Shown: in pieces, positions 58,777 through 64,000 of the stretch
Layout: every line of letters starts with the position of its first letter
Numbering within the stretch: the first letter of the stretch is position 1
Sequence record: MW650886.1
Strand: one strand, 5' to 3'
Length of the DNA: 64,000 nt
Source: Escherichia phage vB_EcoM-ZQ1
Position numbers and translations under genes: made by a program
Notes under the pieces: model-generated
Seen by the model: the letters and a program-made list of their open reading frames with translations, nothing else
Told to the model about the DNA's origin: nothing
Databases searched by the model: none

Positions 58777-58989
58777 TCACTTCCTCATCAGTGAGAGCAG
58801 ATTGACCGTAGCCGGGCGCGCATCAGGGGCGTAGAAGACGTCCTGAGAGTGCCTCTTACAGCACGGGCAATCCTTCGTGGCGATTACACAGGGAGCCTTG
58901 CTTACGGCAAATCCGGCGGCTTCGGCTTCCTTCACAGTGGTGAATGGCATGTAAGCACTTGTGCCCTGCCCTCCGCATGAACATTCCAT
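58777..58989 (-). CDS. Small Cys-rich protein
   Basis: 70 aa with CSCGG and CPCC motifs. Confidence 0.35.
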   Translation of the reverse strand: MECSCGGQGTSAYMPFTTVKEAEAAGFAVSKAPCVIATKDCPCCKRHSQDVFYAPDARPATVNLLSLMRK

Positions 58990-59101
58990 CAGCGTTTCCT
59001 CTTAAAGGGGATGACCAGGGCTATGATGAGAAGCATAGCTGTAATCATCCCACATGCTATCAGACCAAAGGCGAACGACTTCAGAACAAACTCAATCAAA
59101 T

Positions 59102-60328
59102 TCATAACTTCCTCAATTTGGCTCTGGTGACCTGAGTTTGTTTAACGCCGTTGTACTCAGTCAGTTCTTTGACACGACCACGGATGATCATATCGCCCTG
59201 CAAGAACTCTGTATCCATATAAGAGGTCTTCCAGGTAATTGTATTGCCTTCTGCTGTTTTGAAAGTAAACAGGTAGCTATCACCATATTCATTGGAGAAG
59301 AGGAAGGTGCGCTTGTCGAACCTGACTTGCACTTCCAGCATTTCACCGACTTCTCCCACCCATTTGTTCTCCGCCTTGCGGTCAGTACGAGGACGATGGA
59401 TGTAATCGTAATACTTCTTGGCACCCCAGCGGACTGTGTTGTTATCCTTGATGAGGTGATAGCCGGGTTCACACATGCGTTTCAGGCGAACATTGAACTC
59501 ATTAGATTCGGACAGCGCACTGATGAAGAGCTTCATATGGTACATTTCCGACTCGGCGTCTTCACGGTATTCGTGTGCCTTGTTTACGAAATACTCTTCA
59601 TCGGAACCTGCTTTTGGTTTCTGGTGAGACCGGACATAGCCCAGTACTTTGTCAAACAGTTCAGACTTGATATCCACGCCTGCCAGCATCACCTGGAAGC
59701 ATGCGCGCAGGTAACTGTGGGTGTCGGTGAAGCGCTCATTTTGGACGCGATATATACCCTCTGGGTCGTCCTCGTCTGGCATGAAGAACTCTTGGATTTC
59801 CAGATAGTAAGACATAATCGCGTCAAGGGACTTCTGATGAGGCACATAATGATGCATACAGGTGCTACCAATCAGCATCTGGGTATGCGTTTCCTCATTT
59901 TCAATCACATACGTGTTCTTGCGACGGATGGCTAGATTGCAATGCTGACACCAAGAGACGTTCTCTGTCTCGAAGCGACGGATGAAGTCAGGATTGATGT
60001 TGTCGGACAGGCGGTTAAGAATAACCTTTGGATATTCGTGATTGAACTGACCGATGATCTTCCAGCCACCATAAGAGATGGGGCGGTCAATGCCTTCGCC
60101 TTCGAGAGTGACAGGTTTCCACCAGTGAGTAAGGATCTCACCAGTGAAGTCGCGGGTGTGGGTTTTGAAGGGTTCACCATAAGTCACAGTCGGAAACGGA
60201 ACACCCAACCTTTCGGCAGTGCGCTCGAGCTTCTTCAGTCGCTCAACTACCAACCCTTCATTGTCGATCGGAATATTGAATGTTTTGACGTTCATTTCCA
60301 GCCTCATGATGTAGTTGTAACTCTTCAA
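59102..60328 (-). CDS. Hypothetical protein (in the gene-order position of a T4-type primase, but no Toprim motif seen)
   Basis: 408 aa; CQHC...CMHH zinc-binding-like cluster. Confidence 0.45.
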   Translation of the reverse strand: MKSYNYIMRLEMNVKTFNIPIDNEGLVVERLKKLERTAERLGVPFPTVTYGEPFKTHTRDFTGEILTHWWKPVTLEGEGIDRPISYGGWKIIGQFNHEYPKVILNRLSDNINPDFIRRFETENVSWCQHCNLAIRRKNTYVIENEETHTQMLIGSTCMHHYVPHQKSLDAIMSYYLEIQEFFMPDEDDPEGIYRVQNERFTDTHSYLRACFQVMLAGVDIKSELFDKVLGYVRSHQKPKAGSDEEYFVNKAHEYREDAESEMYHMKLFISALSESNEFNVRLKRMCEPGYHLIKDNNTVRWGAKKYYDYIHRPRTDRKAENKWVGEVGEMLEVQVRFDKRTFLFSNEYGDSYLFTFKTAEGNTITWKTSYMDTEFLQGDMIIRGRVKELTEYNGVKQTQVTRAKLRKL

Positions 60329-60374
60329 TACAGATTAAATATTAGGCGATTATTTCTTGAAAGTAAAGTTATTG

Positions 60375-60404
60375 AAGTAAAAAGCCCAGTACTTGACTGG
60401 GCTT
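60375..60404 (-). terminator. Intrinsic terminator (minus strand)
   Basis: 9-bp stem AAGCCCAGT / ACTGGGCTT with 5-nt loop, followed on the minus strand by TTTTTAC. Confidence 0.55.
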
Positions 60405-60421
60405 CTTGGTGTTCGATTGGC

Positions 60422-60736
60422 TTATTCGCCACTGACATTCGGATCTCGATCGGGCTTGGCGTTCGGGAACAGGGACTCGTAGAGATCCTGATACTTCTCG
60501 CTCGTTTCGATCGTCTTATGGTAAGTTCCATTGGCGCGGTCGGATACAACCTTGCGCAAGTCGCTGGCCTTGATACCCGTATCTTTCGCCAGCTCGGCCA
60601 GAGTCTCAGTAATGAAAGTCTGTTCCGACTTGATGCGGACCTGGGCGGCACGACAGTTTTCAATCGCACCTATCAGCTTGCGACGGGATTCAGGATCAGA
60701 TGGTAGTACATAAAAGCCGATTTGTTCTACAGACAT
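60422..60736 (-). CDS. Hypothetical protein
   Basis: 104-aa ORF. Confidence 0.45.
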   Translation of the reverse strand: MSVEQIGFYVLPSDPESRRKLIGAIENCRAAQVRIKSEQTFITETLAELAKDTGIKASDLRKVVSDRANGTYHKTIETSEKYQDLYESLFPNAKPDRDPNVSGE

Positions 60737-60751
60737 TTGGTGTTCCTCTTG

Positions 60752-61087
60752 TTAAGATCTCATACCTTGTGGGATCAGATTAGTCCCGCAACGGCGTAAA
60801 AAGAAGTTTACGATTGAGTGATACTGGAACTTCGGGATGATCTCTACACCATCTTCCGTCGTATACCATTCCACTGTGTTGGTGCGCACTGGAAGGGGGA
60901 ATGACGGCAGATCCAGCTGTACGAGTTCACCCTCTTGGCATATCATACCAATTCCATATTCCTCCCAGATTTTACGATTGCTGAAGAACTCCAGAGTCTG
61001 CTCCGGACTCAGCTCAATCGCTTGTTTGGTGTGGCACACCTGTTTGGCGGCCTGCACCAGGCCAGCCATAAAATCATTGTGTGACAT
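60752..61087 (-). CDS. Hypothetical protein
   Basis: 111-aa ORF. Confidence 0.45.
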   Translation of the reverse strand: MSHNDFMAGLVQAAKQVCHTKQAIELSPEQTLEFFSNRKIWEEYGIGMICQEGELVQLDLPSFPLPVRTNTVEWYTTEDGVEIIPKFQYHSIVNFFLRRCGTNLIPQGMRS

Positions 61088-61151
61088 GATGTGCTCCTGG
61101 TTTATATTCAGATCATAAAATTATACCCTATGACCCGCTTTATTGAATTAC

Positions 61152-62576
61152 CTAGAATTTCCAATTATTGACTGTTTGGGCTTTCTGCTCATCGCTGGCA
61201 GCAGCTCCGGACTTGTTGAGGTCATGTTTGATGTGTACGTTTTCGACATATTTGGCCTCAGCCTCAGTCAGGTCCTTCTTAACTTCATTCCAGTCCAGGT
61301 CAAACAGGATCTGTTTGTCTTGGTCCATACCAAACAGGAATGATTTCAGCTTCTGCTTGTTGGCATAACGGTTCTTGAGTATTGAGGCTCGGGCTTTCTT
61401 GACCGCCGCCAGTTCGTCGGGAGCATAGAATGCCATGATGAAGTCGGCCACCTTCGGAATACCGATAGCATCTGCCAAATCACTGATTCCACCATCAGTG
61501 CTATTCTGATTCTCACGATTGAACTGCATACCAGTCCATACAGGGACATCAAACTCAAATCCCAGCGCACGAAACTCACGAGCCACAGACGTGTAATAGA
61601 CGTTCGTGTTCTGCATCAGGTGGGCAGGCAGGCGCGAGGAAGCAGCTTCGCCAAGATAGTCAATAACGATAACATCAGGAGCACGACCAGTTGCCTGGAT
61701 GTACTCAAGGATATCGCGGCGGAATAAACCCGTGTGTCCAGCACCGGAAGGATATTCCTTGATGACGATATCACCCTTGGGCGCACCATCTTGGCGACTG
61801 CGGAGCTTCTCTATCGTTGCAATATACTCGTGCCTTGTGAGTTTCTCTAAAGACTCAAAGTCGCGACGCATGATACGGGCATCAAGACGGTGTCGCCAGA
61901 CGTTCTCGGCCACTTCAAGGGTGAAGACAAAGACGTTCAGCCCCTGCTCCGAGTACCCTGCGGTCAGGTCAATCAGCGTTGTGGTCTTACCTGCGTTGAT
62001 CGCGCCTGTTACGATGTTCAGTGTCTTCTTACCAACGCCACCACGTGTCGCCTTATTGAATATCTCAACTGCGAACGGGATCTTGGCCTCGTTGGAGTTC
62101 ATGTGGTCATACTGCTCTGCCGCCATCTCCCAATAGATGTGACCGAGGTATGAATCAAACCGGATCGCCAGGGCTTCCTGCAACATGGTCGGGATGTTGT
62201 TCATCTCGTCCTTGCGCTTCTCGTCACCGTAGATGTTGACGGCAGTCTTGATTGCGTTGTGTACGGCCTTTTGCCGCGCCCAAGCCTCGGTTTCCTTCGC
62301 CAGCCACTCTTCATTGAAGGTGTTGTCGTTGATGTTCTCCAGGGCAGATACCGCCTGGTCAAACACATATTCGTTCAGCTTTGTCCGTTCAAGAATTATA
62401 GATAGTGCTTCGACAGACGGGCGGGCATTGTACTCTGAGGTATAACTGTCAATCAGACCAAAGATGACCTTTTCGCCTTCGTTGTCAAAATAATCGGCTT
62501 TCAGGTACGGCAGGATCTTTCTTTGGTAATCTTCATTGTAAATCAACTGTGAAAGCACGACAGATTCGAGTAACAT
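61152..62576 (-). CDS. Replicative DNA helicase (DnaB-like; T4 gp41 equivalent)
   Basis: Walker A TGAINAGKTT; DnaB-type N-terminal domain; 474 aa. Confidence 0.8.
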   Translation of the reverse strand: MLLESVVLSQLIYNEDYQRKILPYLKADYFDNEGEKVIFGLIDSYTSEYNARPSVEALSIILERTKLNEYVFDQAVSALENINDNTFNEEWLAKETEAWARQKAVHNAIKTAVNIYGDEKRKDEMNNIPTMLQEALAIRFDSYLGHIYWEMAAEQYDHMNSNEAKIPFAVEIFNKATRGGVGKKTLNIVTGAINAGKTTTLIDLTAGYSEQGLNVFVFTLEVAENVWRHRLDARIMRRDFESLEKLTRHEYIATIEKLRSRQDGAPKGDIVIKEYPSGAGHTGLFRRDILEYIQATGRAPDVIVIDYLGEAASSRLPAHLMQNTNVYYTSVAREFRALGFEFDVPVWTGMQFNRENQNSTDGGISDLADAIGIPKVADFIMAFYAPDELAAVKKARASILKNRYANKQKLKSFLFGMDQDKQILFDLDWNEVKKDLTEAEAKYVENVHIKHDLNKSGAAASDEQKAQTVNNWKF

Positions 62577-62582
62577 TGGCCA

Positions 62583-62912
62583 CTACCCCACCAAAAATTT
62601 ATTATATTCCTGAGCATTACGCTGCATGAGGTCTACAAGGATATCCCCTGACACCTCAGTGAACAAGTCATTTTCTTTCAAATTCACAAACATCAGACGC
62701 AATGGTTTCTTCAATATATCAGTCACGAAAGACAGGCGGGGTTCGCCGTCCACTTCGTTGATGGCCACCTTGCCGAACCTGAATTGAACACCACGGAATT
62801 TGCCAGAAGTGATCTTGATGATCGCCAGCTGATCAGCACCAGGGTCGATGATTGTGTAGTTATTGGGGGAGTCTCCTCCCCCTCCACTGTTATTCGCTTG
62901 TGTTAATAACAT
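62583..62912 (-). CDS. Hypothetical protein (in the position of T4 gene 40 between uvsX and the helicase gene)
   Basis: 109 aa from the internal ATG; track ORF extends into uvsX. Confidence 0.35.
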   Translation of the reverse strand: MLLTQANNSGGGGDSPNNYTIIDPGADQLAIIKITSGKFRGVQFRFGKVAINEVDGEPRLSFVTDILKKPLRLMFVNLKENDLFTEVSGDILVDLMQRNAQEYNKFLVG

Positions 62913-63975
62913 GGTCCATTTGCTCCAGCATGTTAGCAGGCATAACAGTACCGTTAGAAACACCGAACATTTTCTTCACGTCATCGGCGAAGTTGACATT
63001 CTCCAGCAGCGGATACCAGAAATCATCATCCATCTGACGCTTCTGATATTTCTTTTCCTTCTCAGGATCGAAACCACCCTTGGTTGTACGCACATACCAA
63101 CCGGAAGACGGCATATCAACATAACCCAGAGCACGAGCGATCTCAAGCAGGCCGCTCCAGCGATCAATACCGCCGTTGTACAGTACCGTCACAGGGAGCT
63201 TGGCTTTCTCTTTGACATGGCGACCTTTCATGATGCTTATGTTGAAGTTCCAGCCCAGCAGATCTTTGTCTTCCTTCACCTGAGAACGGGTGATAAACCA
63301 GATCAAGTTGGAGGATAAGAAGCCCTGCTTGCCGCCTTTGATGTTAGGCTCGGCATATTGGTTGCCGATCTCATCGTAATAGGAGTTGATCCAAACACAC
63401 ACGAGATTTTTGCTATTGATTTCAGGAGTCATGACACGCCAGAAGCTGTTGAGGGCACGGGCGCGGGTCATGTCTTGAGTGTCGTTCCCTTTGATCGCAT
63501 CTTCAACTTCCTTGGTGGAGGGAAGTTGGCTGATAGAGTCGATGAAGATTATAACATGGTCGCCTTTCTTGACTTCCTGTAGGATCTGCAGCAAGCGGAT
63601 CTTGGTCTGTTCAACGTTGTCGATCGGTACGTACAGGACGCGGTCCATGTCAATGCCCATAGAGGTCCAGTAATCAGCGTTGGCACCCTTTTCCGAGTCA
63701 GCAAATACACAGATAGCATCAGGGAACTTGTCCATATAAGCCTTGACATCGACCAGGCCGAACATCGTTTTGAAGGTACGGGAATCACCCACCATCATCT
63801 TGATACCGGAGATCAGGCCGCCGTCAATACGCCCAGACCATGCGATATCGATCAGGGGAATACCAGTAGAACAGATGATAGACGGTTCCAGAGCGTCGGA
63901 TTTGGACAGCACTGAAGCCTGGTCATCGTGTTTCTTAGCAACCTTCAGCATGCGATCCATTAATGAACTGGCCAT
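62890..63975 (-). CDS. uvsX: UvsX recombinase (RecA-like)
   Basis: RecA-fold P-loop region MMVGDSRTFKTMFGL and conserved blocks HVIIFIDSISQL, DMTRARALNSFWRVMTP, GGIDRWSGLLEIARALGYV matching T4 UvsX. Confidence 0.8.
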   Translation of the reverse strand: MASSLMDRMLKVAKKHDDQASVLSKSDALEPSIICSTGIPLIDIAWSGRIDGGLISGIKMMVGDSRTFKTMFGLVDVKAYMDKFPDAICVFADSEKGANADYWTSMGIDMDRVLYVPIDNVEQTKIRLLQILQEVKKGDHVIIFIDSISQLPSTKEVEDAIKGNDTQDMTRARALNSFWRVMTPEINSKNLVCVWINSYYDEIGNQYAEPNIKGGKQGFLSSNLIWFITRSQVKEDKDLLGWNFNISIMKGRHVKEKAKLPVTVLYNGGIDRWSGLLEIARALGYVDMPSSGWYVRTTKGGFDPEKEKKYQKRQMDDDFWYPLLENVNFADDVKKMFGVSNGTVMPANMLEQMDHVINTSE

Positions 63976-64000
63976 TTCACTTCCTCTTTGTTGTTAATCG

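Noticed and set aside
59102-60328. Calling this ORF DNA primase (T4 gp61-like)
   Set aside because: Only positional evidence; no Toprim or primase catalytic motifs recognised, so left as hypothetical.
59138-60706. Plus-strand ORFs (265 aa and 254 aa) opposite the minus-strand replication gene block
   Set aside because: Antisense to minus-strand ORFs that belong to a co-directional operon with a terminator; no independent support.
1-64000. CRISPR arrays, integrases, transposases, IS elements, rRNA genes
   Set aside because: No regularly spaced direct repeats and no recombinase or transposase motifs seen; the only mobile-element-like feature is the intron with its HNH endonuclease.

Overview
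This window reads as a densely coded stretch of a large virulent tailed-phage (myovirus-type) genome with a T4-like replication and recombination core. Confidently recognised by protein motifs: UvsX recombinase, gp41-type replicative helicase, ATP-dependent DNA ligase, a two-subunit type II topoisomerase, rIIA and rIIB, dCMP deaminase, and a family B DNA polymerase. The polymerase gene is interrupted by a roughly 1.2 kb insertion carrying an HNH homing-endonuclease ORF, most likely a group I intron. The left end (14..9014, minus strand) is a late structural block: a baseplate-like protein, a repeat-containing fibre and two large tailspikes that share an N-terminal module. A second late block (48.5-54.1 kb) holds a head-completion-like gene and baseplate hub / tape-measure-like genes. 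Two tRNA genes (Met-CAT, Ser-GCT) lie at the 3' end of an unusual 1.8 kb stretch (10146..11954) with no convincing ORF on either strand; it is the best candidate here for an undescribed structured RNA locus. Other notable items are candidate DNA-hypermodification enzymes (a P-loop kinase with a GIY-YIG-like N-terminus, a PLP fold-type II enzyme, a HAD phosphatase), a LemA-family protein paired with a Cys-rich membrane protein, a PspA/IM30-like protein, a macro-domain protein and a MazG-like protein. A recurring CTAAATA(CCCC) motif sits upstream of late genes, often inside an inverted repeat. Protein identifications rest on motif recognition by eye, not database searches. Hand-placed coordinates (tRNAs, terminators, motifs, corrected starts) may be off by 1-2 nt; one local check near 41.2 kb showed a 1-nt disagreement between line numbering and the ORF track.
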